From NCBI GenBank assembly GCA_030704615.1, contig CM060733.1, positions 32,984,001 through 33,048,000 of the forward strand: 64,000 bases of DNA, in the 5' to 3' direction. A program made the position numbers and the translations under genes. This DNA comes from Takakia lepidozioides (Eukaryota; Plantae; Bryophyta). Each line of letters opens with the position of its first letter. Within the stretch, counting starts at the first letter, position 1. Below, one piece after another: positions 49,785-62,445 of this stretch. The notes under the pieces are model-generated. The model ran no database searches and was not told the DNA's origin. It saw nothing but the letters and a program-made list of their open reading frames with translations.

Positions 49785-49976
49785 TTTTATTTATTTATTT
49801 ATTAATGTAATGGAAACACCTGGGAGCCACAGCTCACAAATCAGGCCCTCTTAACCCCGCCATGTGGCGTTGGCATGGGACACCACCCAGGAACATACCA
49901 CACTTGTCAGTAGCAAGATTTGTCCCCATCATCATCTTGGTGGCACTCAGTGCACTTCACCAATTGAGCTACTGAC
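49785..49976 (-). mobile_element. tRNA-derived SINE
   Basis: Minus-strand head GTCAGTAGCTCAATTGGTG...GGGACAAATCTTGCTACTGAC has an A-box, a degenerate B-box and a 7-bp GTCAGTA/TACTGAC terminal stem. (AATA)n tail at 49785-49803. Related to the copy at ~15050-15420. Confidence 0.7.
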
Positions 49977-51302
49977 TGTTGGTATCTCATTCAACTCTTA
50001 CTAAACGTCGAGTGAACAGTGGAATTTGCTTTATGAGCCAAATAGAAACTGCTTTTTCTCCTGAAGTTTATACATAATGTTTCTTTATTGTTCATATTAT
50101 ATTTTAATAGACAAACAATTATTTATATCTTTACATTTATATTTAAAATGATATATTTAAATTCATTTAAATGATTTAAAAAATACATATTCAGATATTT
50201 CTCCTTATTTCTGGACCAAACTTTAGTCCAAATTTACTTAAAATTGTGTTTAACATTACTCTCCTCCCTCCAGTTTATTGTCATGTGGTCAAGTGCAATC
50301 ACACTAAAGCTCAGATAATCCAACCTGGACTGCTGCTTCTGCTGTGGAAGCAGCAGTGATTCAACTGAAAGATCTCTGCTTAAGATGATGTAATCATCAA
50401 GTCCATGGAGAGCAGGGTAACAAAACACACTAGCCCTATTACTATTGACAATCGATGGTTTGTACAAAGCCCAAATGTTTCATGACAATCTTTGCCACCG
50501 CCACTGCAGGGAATCCAGATGCCTTACTATGTCTAGAGGTGATACAAGAGGAAACTTACGGTCACTTCAACTGAATATCCATTAATAATACGCTGTATGA
50601 TGGCAGCATGTCTGACAGACTTACAAGAGCCCCCAGCAGAACAGAGGCAGTCGATATTCGGGGTTGATGTGGCTTAAACACGACTTCACGGCGGTGCTTC
50701 GGATCACCGATTCAAATTCGTTTTCATGAGGTGCATGGTCGCGTACGATTATCCACTATCAACAGGCTGCACTCTAGCCAGTAGTATGACTTGAAACCAA
50801 TCTGCCCGCGCTCGCCTCAGTTCTGCTGAGAAGTCAAAGCGAGTCTGAGTCCGCCTTAGCGAGTAACCTCCTTCTTTTCACCATTCTTGACCTTTTGTAC
50901 ACAGGGCAGATCTCAGACTATGGTCTGATGGAGATGGTGATAGACAACTAGTTGAGCAATTTCTTTGCTTTCAGTCTGAATCTGCCCTGTCTTTTGTCAG
51001 TCTGCCTTGTCTACCCTGCTCATTTGCTAACTCCTTTGGTGTGGAGGCAAGCCACGGCCACAGAATTAATTTTTTTTTCTAGTTTACTTTCACTACAACA
51101 GATGAGCGTTTTTATGACTTCACATATGACTATTTTTTCAGTCTTATATGCGTTCATGACTACATCACTCTGTAGTGAAAAAAGCCCTGTCATAGCGACT
51201 AGTCTTTAGGACTGCGTTTTGCAAGTCATATCCATGACTGCTTGCGTGACAACCTGGAGTCCTGCTGCAGAGAGGGTTGCAGTCACAACTATATGACTAA
51301 TA

Positions 51303-51700
51303 TATGACTACATTGTCTGTTGAGCACTGCCTACATGGAGAGGCTTCAGCGGGACACGTGCGCCACTGCGCAAGCGACACGTCATGCATTCGTCAGGGGA
51401 TCATATGACTATATGTCTGCAAAGTGATGCCTACATGGAGAGGCGACGGATGGACACGTGCGCCACTGCGAATTTGACATGTCACGACTTCTTGCCATGA
51501 TCATATGACTACATGTCTGCACAGTGATGCCTACATGGAGAGGCGCTAGCGAGACACGTGTGCTATGGCAGATTTCACACGTGGTGACTACATGACTCGC
51601 TCATATGACTACAGGGATGTCTACATGGAGAGTTGTTAGCGGGACACCTGTTGCACTTGAGATGTGACATGTGGCACACAGACAAAATATATGACTAGCA
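51303..51700 (+). repeat. Four ~100-bp subterminal tandem repeats of the CACTA element
   Basis: Units start atatgacta..tg(c/t)ctacatggagag..gacac(g/c)tg at about 51303, 51403, 51503 and 51603. Confidence 0.9.
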
Positions 51701-52268
51701 TATATGACTACGGATCTTTACACGTGGTGAAAATATGGATAAAGAATGTCGTGTCATATACTGCCACGTGTTCTGGTTTGAGCAAGAGTGATGTCACGTG
51801 TCATCAAGATTGTTTTCCGAAATAGTTTATATTTTTAATGTTCATATTTTAATTTTTAGTTTTCATTTAATATTTAAAAGAACAGGGAGATTGCAGCCTT
51901 GGATTTTTTTTTAATGGTATTATTTTTAATATTATTATTTAAAATGAAAGTGAATTAAATGATTTAAAATCTTCATTACATGGTGAAATTCCAACATGAA
52001 AACAGAATGGATCCCTCCTGCATACTATCAACCACAAGGAGAATGAAAATAGTCAACTACAGGGCAATACAAGCCCTATAAATCACATTACAAAAATCCA
52101 AATGAGACCAATATCCCAATGGACACCTCAAAAGCCACAAGGTCAAAAAATCCATGCCTCAAAAGGCCCAGCCAAAAACAAGCAAGCCCACACATGGGCT
52201 GAATTGTTGTAGCTAGTATGTTCTAGTGCTATTAGAATCAAGAACTCTGTTAAACAGTGCAATACTGA

Positions 52269-55200
52269 CTATCCCTTCCGCAGCTCCATAAGTTTCAGTA
52301 ACTTTAGACTCCAAAGTGTTGTCTGGCCAACCACCTGCCCCAACTCGGTCTGTTTCCTAACACCATTCACATATGGTAGAGGGGTGTTACTGACACATGC
52401 CTCTTTGATGTACACACAGGCATAATCAAGGGGCACAGCAGGGTACCCGTAACCCACCACAGCACCTTGAAGAGCAACAATCAGCCCTACTCCACATTTC
52501 TTGCGTTTGGAGTTCACATCCAACAGCCGAACCTCGTCACCCACCCTGAACTGTGATCCCAACTCCACACAAAAAAGAACACGATGTGAAAACCCATGAC
52601 ATACACACGACTAGGACACTCAACATTTGCGAGTTAAAGAGAGCCCCAAGGTTGGAAAAAATATAACAGACAAGACAACGGCCTGGACTTACTCCATTTG
52701 CAGTCTCCAGTGGTGGTGAGACCTCTTTTGGGGGGCTACTCGCCGGGTCGACACTCTTGCCCCTCGTCTGTACCGGCTTGTCGACAATATCACCTTTGTT
52801 TGTCACAAGTTCCTGTGTCACAGACCAGAGATCAACCAGGAAAGCAATGAGCAAACAGGAATAGTGAATAGAAACAAAATCCAAGTATGAATCAAACAAA
52901 AAAAGCCAACATGAAAAGCTGCAAAGAAAACCTAGCATTAATCAAGCAACCGAGGAGAAGCATCCAGGAAAGCAATGCAATGAATGAACCCACAAAAATG
53001 TAGCCTCTGGAGCACTGTCAGAATGTTTGTACCTTCACAGTAGCAGTGTTGTATGGTTGTTGTCCGAAAACAGGCTGAGACTCCAAAAACTTGGGAATAC
53101 TGGCAGCTTTCGATGCCTTCCACAAGAAAGGCCACAACACCTCTGTTAGATACTCATCAGTTGGTGAATCTGGTTGCACCTTCCATGGCTCTGGAAAAAT
53201 CCCACTGAAGGGAGGATTGTTTGCCGCCTTTCTTGGTGTGTCGTCAACAAGAACAGTGTCCTCATAAGTCCATTCTGGCCAGTCTGCCCACACTGTAGAC
53301 AAGTTCTTGAAATATAATGGCTTTGAATCAGACCCCTTACGGCATGGGAGGACTGGATCCTCGTCACAGTGAAGGGCATCCCACTGGAAAACCAGGTTAG
53401 TGTGGGCTGCAAAAATATAGTCCACCATTGGGAAGAAGTTGCGAGCTTGGCAACAAGACCACACCGCCACCTCAAAGTGTTCAAAACACTTTTGCAAAAA
53501 GTCATAACAGCGTGGTCTCAAAACTACCATCTTCTTGCCACACATCTTCCCCACAAAACCTTTGGGAAGGGATGCAGGCCCATTAGCAGAATGAAAAGAT
53601 TCACATAACAGACCATTTAAGTCCAGAATTAGTAAATGCTTCCTCGTTGGTCCAGGAAGTAAACTGACATTTGGCTTCAACATGTGAGCAGGAGAAATTA
53701 AAGCAACCTGCTTGTTTGTTTTGTCCCCGTCTGCATCTTCCTCCCCATCTAAACTCCCACATACCTGCATACCAGAATCCGGTGTGCCCGGCGGCTCTGT
53801 CACCATTGCCCCTGGACTGCTACTGCCTTTGTACGTGGCAAGGGCTGAATTTCCACGTGTACCTCACAGCTGGCCTTCCCTGTATCCTGCTGCTGCTCGG
53901 TCAAATTCAAAAGATCATCAGTGACAGGAAGACATAAGGGCTTAGAGTGAGCACCAGTTACCGTCTGAAATTGGGATTCCAAACATTTTGATACTGTCAC
54001 AGCAGACGTATCCATCGTAGATGTCACTGGTCCTGCGCCTGGTAGATTAATCCCCAATCTGGTCACAATGGCTTTCTGGTACTCAATCATACTCTGCATC
54101 TGTAATTTTAATTCTGCCATGTCACGTCCTTGTGATTCCACCAGTTTGTCCAAGCCATCCATCCTGCCAACTACTGTAGAATATGCGAGACTTCCCTCCT
54201 GCCAATCCATGAAAACTTGCCCAAGTATGAATCAAACCAAAAAAACCTAGCATGAACAACCATTGGAAAGAAAACCCAGGCCAAAAGCCGTGAAAAAAAC
54301 CCTAGCAACCTATGATGCAGCAACCACTCTAGCAAACGTGGAAAACACACTTACCCGCCTGTCACTCCCAGCTGACAACCGTGACACTGAACCCTCTTGA
54401 ATTTCATATAATGTAGGAGGGCACCCTGATAGTGTTTCCTACAAATTAATCCATGCCACAAACAAACCCATGCCACAAGTCAGTAAGCAATGTGAGGGCT
54501 GACTATATACACATAGCAATTCAATGAGGAACAAAATACAGAGTCGTGATGATGCCACTTACCAAGCGTGCTTCCACCATTGCCTTCCCACCACGGCCAG
54601 TCTTGGTAGGATTCAGAATTGCACCATTTGCCTTCTTCATGTTGCCCGACACTTTGTGGAACACCTCTGTCTGCCAGTAACTTACAAGCTTGTTCCATAC
54701 CTCGTCAGATACAGTAATGGGTTTCCCCTTACCACCCAACCACGCAGTGTGTGCTTCATAACGCTGGCTCTTCATTATTCTGCCAATTGTTTGTTTTAGG
54801 TGGAAGTCTTTTAACTCGTGTGGCGTATATGAAAATAGCTTAGCCAGGTGATCTCTGATTTCGTATACAACTTCATCAGGTTGGTTGTTGATGGCAAGGG
54901 AACAATCTAGCTTGCGATAAGCCTGTCCTTTAAGGGCAGCGTGCCATACATTCCGGGTCTGACCATACGGGGCTCCTTTGAGGTTCGTCAAAATCACCGT
55001 GGGAGGAAGACCTGCAGCTATTCTCTCTTCCTTGACCTTGGCAGCTTCAATTTTGGCTGAGCTATTAGCCCTCCTTAAAGCATTGGTTCTATCATTCTTT
55101 GAAACGGCACCCTCCCCTCCTTCAGAGACCTCCGTGCGCTCAGGAGAATTCAAAGCAGGATCCTGCCAAGTAGGGACTGGTGGCCATGGCTGTTGGCCAG

Positions 55201-56478
55201 AAGGCCGAGGACCATACTGGCCATACTGTCCATAAGCAGGAGGATATTCCGGTGGCCTGCCACCCCCATAGCTATTAGGGGGTGGCAAATATGGTGGAGG
55301 AGGATACTGGCCATACTGCCCATATGGAGGAGCACCATATTGACCCTGACCATACTGAGTGCCAGACTGTGGGTACTGAGGCATACCATAATAAGGTGGG
55401 GGTACTGGTGGCACAGAACCCACAACGTTGGGAGAGTTAGGGCCACCTCCTGCGTTCTTGTGGGCGCCATCTCCATTGCTAGCAGCAGGGATCGTGGATC
55501 CAGTGCGCTTGTGCTTGCCCTGAAAAGAAATTCCCCCAGTACAATGTGGGTGATTACACATACATATAGGCAGCAAGCAGCAAATCCTTGAATTCAGGCA
55601 AAACAAACTGGAAGCACATATCATTTGTAAAGACAAGATTACCCAAAACTCAGTATGATCTTGGGCAGTAAATCTCCCAAATTTGATTGGCCCCAATGAT
55701 GTCCTCCCAGTACATTTTTGAGCCCTCTTAGGTATGGGGTGTTCCTGAAATCCATAGCAAGAATTCAAATGGACAAACCTGATGGGTCCATGAGAAGTAT
55801 CCCTCCAAGTTTTACTGATATTCTGGGTGCATAAGTAACCCAAGTATCTCTATAAGTAGCCATTGTAGCTTAGTACCAGGACGTTGGTTTCATGGGGCAA
55901 AGAATTTGAACACACCTGAAGTCTACATTGGCCTGACATCATGCCTTTGGCACTTCAACTTGTCTAGTGGAAATCATTTGTGATTGTGCCTTGGCTGACC
56001 CCTGCATTGTCCAACTTCCCTGTCTTGACAGACATACCCTATCTCTTCGTGATTTTACCAAAAACATACATAATTAGAATCATGGTCATTGTGAAGAACT
56101 ATAACTCACAGACGGAGAAGGTGTTCGTAGTGTAGATGATGGGCGTTTTTGTCCTGCGACATGAGCATGGGCATGTTCTCCTCGGCTTGCCGTGGCATCC
56201 GCCGACGACGCACTCGCCTCGCACTGGCGTGGGAGGAGTGGATCGTCCTCATCGTCCTCAGAAGAGCCCTCATGCAGAATCGTAGTCTTCATCGTCTTCA
56301 GTCTGGCACTTTGCCTTGCAGGACCTTGATCCCTACCTTTTTCCTTCGGAGCGCGTGGCTTGCGAGGGCGATTCGCTCCCGCAAGCCTGCACAAACACCT
56401 CCATGACCTCCCTCTCAAACAATCACAAACAAATGTAAGCATACATACCCTAATACTCTTAAGCCTACGCTGAACCAC
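52269..56478 (-). CDS. CACTA TnpA-like accessory gene containing an FCP1-like phosphatase domain (spliced; probable frameshift near 53810-53880)
   Basis: Pieces: basic/acidic N-terminus (56478-56090); Pro/Gly/Tyr-rich region plus Ptta/En-Spm-like WNKLVSYWQTE..NMKKAN..TKTGRGGKAMVEARL (55520-54560); coiled coil (54210-54060); FCP1-like LLILDLNGLLC..LRPRCYDFL..FEVAVWS..KPLYFKNLSTVW..TVLVDDTPRKAANNP (53640-53060); TnpA-type C-terminus VGDEVRLLD..PLPY..ELGQVVGQTTLW (52565-52269). Confidence 0.75.
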
Positions 56479-56978
56479 AGCCGCACCCTACCAGGACGTA
56501 ATGCCTGCCCACGAATGACGGCGGACATCTCCCGCCTAATGACACACCCTCCTCAAACCTAATCGTCACTCACTGCATGTTGTTTGCCTCTCTGTTTGTA
56601 CAAGTCGCAGCTACTCGCCCCCATTTGTGCTATGAAGCTTATGATCGCTGTAGGAAGGTTAGAGGATAAGGCAAATCGCAAGTTTAGTGGGTGGGTATCC
56701 AAAGTCAGGAACTAAACTCACCCATCTATCGACTGCTTGAACGTTGCTTCCACCTCCTTTATGGCAGCAATCCGGCGCTCTCGGAACTTCTCGTACTCAG
56801 TGAGAGGGACTGTCACTTCGAAGACCTTCCGCTTCACCATGGACACTCAGAAACGATACTTATAGTATACTATAGATATAGAAATAGCACATTGGCAGCT
56901 GGTGCAAAACTAGAGACAATGCACTGTGCGTAGCATGCAAAGAGGGAAGGGGTGACGTTCAAAGCATGTAGCGAACGG

Positions 56979-59900
56979 ATGCGTAGGCGTAGAATAGATG
57001 ACCGTCTATGGCGAATGGAAGAAGCTTATGCCACAAGGAATGGGCATACAAAAATGCTATGCAACTGCGATGAGTGTCATGGAGGAAAAGTACTCTTGTT
57101 GGAAACAGTGAGGAATCATTACATGATACACGGGAGGGATCCTCTTCTCCAACGCTGTTCTCTTCCGGTAAGATCGCCACTTTCCCTTCAGCACTTTAGT
57201 TTGAATTTTGAATGCAACGATCCTCTTCTCCACATGTCGACATTTCGTTGGGTGATTGTAGTCAAGAAGTCATAAGATACAGACGTGAGTATGACTACGC
57301 CACTTCCGTTATCACTTTAATTAATGCACATGTCGTGTTTTCATTGGTCATGTGTAGTCATGTAGTCATATATGACTAAGTAAGTGACTGCAACTATGAC
57401 TTCAATGGTTACAAATGTCGTGTTTTGATTGGGTGTATATTCATAAGATACATACGTAAATATGACTGCATCACTGCAACGTCACCGTGCCTCCTATGTC
57501 ATAATATGAACAAGTGTCACATCGTTGTTGGTCCACTCACAAGATGACTATTGGGATGCAGGGATGTGAATATTCAGATGATGAAGACGAAGGCCCTGCG
57601 GCACAGCGGGAGCCCAATGTCACAGAGAACGCAGATGAGAGTGGTGGATTGGAGGTAGAAATGCAGCGTGCATTGCAGGAAGCGTTTCTCTTTGCAGATG
57701 CAAACAGAGAGGACCCCATTCATGGTGGAACCGATCACACATTTGCCGATCATGACGATGATCTCGACGATTCCGGAGACAATGAATTTGATGAGAATGC
57801 TCACCTGCACGTTGATCCCGAGTATGATAAACTCTTCCGAGCGTCGCAATGTCCACTTTTTGAAGGGTGCTCCATCAGCCGGCTGCAAGCAACTTTGACG
57901 TTGCTGAACGCATGCACTACCCACAAGTGCACCAATGCATTTGTGGATGAGCTTCTGGGATTGTTGCGTAAGAGTTTTTTGCCTAAAGAGAATTCATTGC
58001 CGAAAACTCACTATGAAGCAAAAACCATGATTGCCAAGATGGGATTGCAGTACACGATGATTCATGCCTGTGAGCGTGGTTGTGTACTCTTCCGTGGGGA
58101 GTATGAGAATGTAGACATTTGCCCAGTGTGCCGCAGTTCCCGTTACATTCCAGGTCGTGGAAGTGTGCCCAAGAAAGTATTGCGACACTTCCCTGTCATT
58201 CCAAGGTTGAAACGTATGTACCGATGTAAATCGATCGCTAACCTCATGACATGGCACGACAGACATAAGAGCCAGGATGGGTTGGTTCGACATCCAGCTG
58301 ATAGCAAAGCATGGAGACACATTGACACCACATTTGCGGATTTTGCTGCAGAGCCACGATCTCTGCGATTTGGATTGGCCTTAGACGGTGTAAATCCCTA
58401 CGGAGCTCAATCCACAAGTTGGAGCACATGGCCCGTTCTCTTGGTCAATTACAATCTGCCTCCGTGGTTAATGACCAAAAAGTTCTTTGTCATGTTAGCG
58501 CTACTGATTCCTGGTAAGGAGTCTGTTACCTCGGACAACGTAGATGTTTACCTGATGCCCCTAGTGGAAGAGCTATTGGAACTATGGAGAGGGATTGCAG
58601 CTCATGATGTTTCCCGTCCTCGTGGTCAACGCGAATTCACACTGAGGGCAGTGTTGATGTGGTCAATCCATGACTACCCTGCATATGGCTTGCTCTCAGG
58701 TCAAGTGACGAAAGGTTATGCTGGTTGTCCAGCTTGTGGACCCGGGGTGACTTCACAGCAGTTACACACATGTGGAAAAATTGTTTTCCTAGGCCACCGA
58801 AGATTTTTGGCCCGCAATCATCCATATAGAAGGTCAAGAATGTTCAATGGCGCTACTGAGCATGGAACTCCTCCAAAAACGCAGACTGGAACACAAATCA
58901 AGGACCTTGCAACAGCTCGCACTGCATGGGTGGAAAACGGAGGGACGCCAGATAGCAGGACAGACCCAGCAAAAACTCATGGAGTTAAGCGATTGTCAAT
59001 TTTATATGTCTTACCTTATTGGGAGGTAATTCCTTCATGGCCTTTAAATTGGCTGTGTACATTTTTGCGTTTTCTGTTTAAATTGTGATGAGTAAATGCT
59101 CAATTGCTTATGTGTTCATTTTGTAGGGTCTCCTCATCCGCCACACGTTTGACGCAATGCATTGCGAGAAGAACTTGGCTGAAAATATTATTAAAACTAT
59201 CTTTGGTGAGAAAGACACATTGAAAGTTCGCCGTGATTTGGAGCTACTTGGGATGCGCCCGGAATTGTGGCTACAACGTGATCCTGACAGAGCAGATACG
59301 TTAATTATGCCTCCTGCCCCTTATGTCCTCACTGAGGCTGAGTTACAAGTCTTTCTGGAGATTGTGCAGAACTTGAAAGTGCCAACAGGCTACGCATCAG
59401 CTTTCAAAAAGCATGTGGTGAAGAAGAAGTTGTCAGGCATGAAATCACATGACTATCATGTGCTCATGCAGCAAATTATACCGCTTGCTATCCGTGGGCT
59501 CATGCCAAGTGGTCCTCGAAGGGCCATTTTGCGAGTATGTCGTGTATTTAAGAAGTTGTGTGCAAAAGTGGTGAATCCTGTAGAGTATGAGGAATTGAGA
59601 ACTGAAGCAGTTCTCACTCTGTGTCTTATAGAGAAGGAGTTCCCACCATCATTTTTTGATGTGATGACACATCTGGTTGTTCACCTAGTGGATGAGTTGT
59701 ACTTATGCGGGCCCGTAGCATCTCGTTGGATGTACCCCATGGAGCGGGCAATGAAAGATATGAAGGGCTACGTAAGAAACATGGCAAGGCCCGAGGGGAG
59801 CATGGCAGAAGGATACCAATTTGAAGAAGCATTGGGTTTTTGCACAGAGTATATCAGGATTTGATGGAAGTGTACGAAGGGTGTGGGATGCAGATGAGGC

Positions 59901-61095
59901 AGAATCTGTGGAACGTGAAGTTGTGGAAGGAAGTTCTAAAGCCTGAAAATTGAATGACCTGTGTGATATTGTACATGAGTACATCATTCAGAACCATCCT
60001 CGTCTATCAGTCATGTTGGGGTAAGAAATCTACTTCATTGACATTCAGATTTCCAAGTTTTAGTCATTTATCATTAGTTGGCATATGGCGTCTTTTCAAA
60101 TCTCCCACGCCACCTCTGTCAATCTCCTGGCTGACCCTCGGATTGTGACAGGATATATGAAGAAAGGTCCACACGGATAGAAGCCAGACGACGCTTGTTT
60201 CGTGAGGAGCAAGGGCTGGAAGGCATGAGCAATCCCACGGCAATTCAGTACCCTCCTGATTTGCATCCTTGTCCTCCATTTGCTGTTTGGCTCCCTCAAG
60301 GTGTACGGGATCATCTCTCAATTCAATCAGATGGGCTTGATCCTACAACACGTGAGGAATTACTGGATCTTTCAAGGCCTCCATCATTTACTGCCCTGTC
60401 ATTCAAGAGTATGACAACGTATGGTAACCATTACAGGGTTACATCCCCCGGCATGAACACAACAAGTATGGTGTCTTTTGATTGTGGAGTCTCATCTGTT
60501 TTCCAGCACCAGCCCATTACCAACAATTCAGGCAATGACATGGAGGAACCTACAAGATATGTGGGTCTTATAAGGGAGATTTTGCAAATTGACTATGGCC
60601 ATAGTGTTTTTGTGTTCGTGGGTACGGGCGAGTCGCGTGGGTCGTCAACCTATGTCAATGAAGCAGGATGATGCTGGCTTCACACTTGTCAATTTTAACC
60701 GTATGCTTCCACCTTCTGAGCAACCTTTTGTGTTTCCTGGCCAGGTTGATCAAGTGTTTTTTTCTGATTGTGTGAAGGAGCCGGGGTGGAAAGTCGTCCT
60801 GGAGAAGAGCCCCCGAGCACGTAGAGTGGTCTGCGACATATCAATTGATAATGATGATGTGGCGGAAGTGGAAGGATTGTTAGCCCCACAAAGACTAGAG
60901 GAGACTGTGGTTACTGATGGCCCAACATGCAGCCGAGCGGTACCGGTTACTCCAGAGCAGATGGCCTCTTTGTACCTCCGAGCACCCCGTATACGTGGTG
61001 ATGATGTTCAGCCAACCCTTGGAGAAGATGAAGTCTGTGATGAAGACAGTGATACATGTAGTGACCCAGACATAGATGAGGATGATGAAGATTAG
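56979..61095 (+). pseudogene. CACTA TnpD-type transposase (Transpos_assoc, Transposase_21, DUF4218, DUF4216), frameshifted
   Basis: Exons ~56979-57167, 57562-59025, 59127-60020 and 60152-61095. Motifs LCNCDEC, IHACERGC, RHPADSKAW, FGLALDGVNPYG, WSIHDYPAYG, DAMHCEKN, MKSHDYH, WMYPMER and QPFVFPGQVDQVFF. Frameshifts near 59860 and 60604. Confidence 0.93.
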
Positions 61096-61464
61096 ATATG
61101 CGCGATTTGTGCACTCCAGTTATAGACCATGCATGATAGTTTAAGGTGGTAACACTCCCTTCGCATTCCCATTAAGATATCATGCTTGGACACTAGATTT
61201 TATGATCAATTATGGAGTGCTTTCCTTTCAGCACCCTTTATTCATTTGTTGTTGCAATTGGATTTGGACCAACCCGTGCTGGTACCATTGCCATGGGTTC
61301 TGCCTGCAATGTTTTCTTGCCATGGATTCGGCACACGCCACGAAAGGCCATCCAGACCATCCTCTGGAAATGCTCCAATGTTGTTTCAAACATCTCCACA
61401 TTGCAATGGATACAACACTGACATTAGATGAGTGAAAGTGAGACTAGACCTCCAGCCAGCCGGC

Positions 61465-62445
61465 TTTCCCACATCAAATTGAAGGGGATCTGTAGATTAT
61501 AGATAACGGATGTTGCCTTCTCAATGTCTTTTCCAATGACCTCTGCAATGAACTGGGGTATAAGATCCTTCAAATCACAAGTTTGAGCATCACGCACAAG
61601 CCACTTACGGGGATAGAGTTTCCAATGCGAACCATTGGTCTTTTATTGATAGCATTGTTGTAAAATACATGGACCAACATGGTCAATTTCGGGAATGACA
61701 TATAGTACGCTTTCATGTACTATGTAAGCATGCAACTATGTACCAGTGACGTGGCTTGTTCGCCACTTAACCTGTTTGCCCATTCAGCCAGCTCCACATT
61801 GTCATGGATTTTGCATACTGGATTGTGAGGCCATCCACACCGTCCTCTCGAAATGCTATCATGGGGTTTCAGCTATGTCCACATTTCCCTGGATTATGCC
61901 TGCACGAAGCAAGGCCAACTGCATTCAGCACCCTCCACTTTATTATAGTATTGCAGCAACATTCAAAGCACTTCAATTTGTATCCATCGAAAACATCTAG
62001 GCTGGAAAAATACATTGTTGCAGCAAAACTTAGGAAAGTACTTCTCCCCTTCCACTACACACGTGAAATGAAAGAAGCCAACCAACAGCATACCAGCCAA
62101 GAAAATATGAAACCAGCCACGAAAAGAGCCAATATATGCAGTGAAGGTCGACACTAAATGAAACTTATCCAACACTTACATTAGAGGAGGGAAGCTAAGT
62201 CTTACCTCCATAAGCTTGCCCACATCAAATTTGGGAGCTTTTAGAATTTCTCCTTTCCGGTTGAATGAACTTGGCTACAAGATCCTTCAAATCGCAAGTT
62301 TGAGCTTCACACACAATGAACTTGCAGGGATTGAGCTTCCAATGCGAACCATGAGTCTTATATTGATAGCATTGTTGTAAAACACATGGACCAACAATGA
62401 CAGTCTCTGGAATGACATATAGTACAGTAATGACATATAGTACAG
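61465..62445 (-). repeat. Diverged direct duplication (61465-61710 and 62216-62445) of a degenerate coding module in the CACTA 3' region
   Basis: Minus-strand YYMSFPKLTMLVHVFYNNAINKRPMVRIG..AQTCDLKDL vs YYMSFQRLSLLVHVFYNNAINIRLMVRIG..AQTCDLKDL. Confidence 0.75.

Noticed and set aside
49905-49976. Functional tRNA gene
   Set aside because: The anticodon arm and T-arm do not pair properly and the B-box is degenerate. A SINE body and A-rich tail follow.
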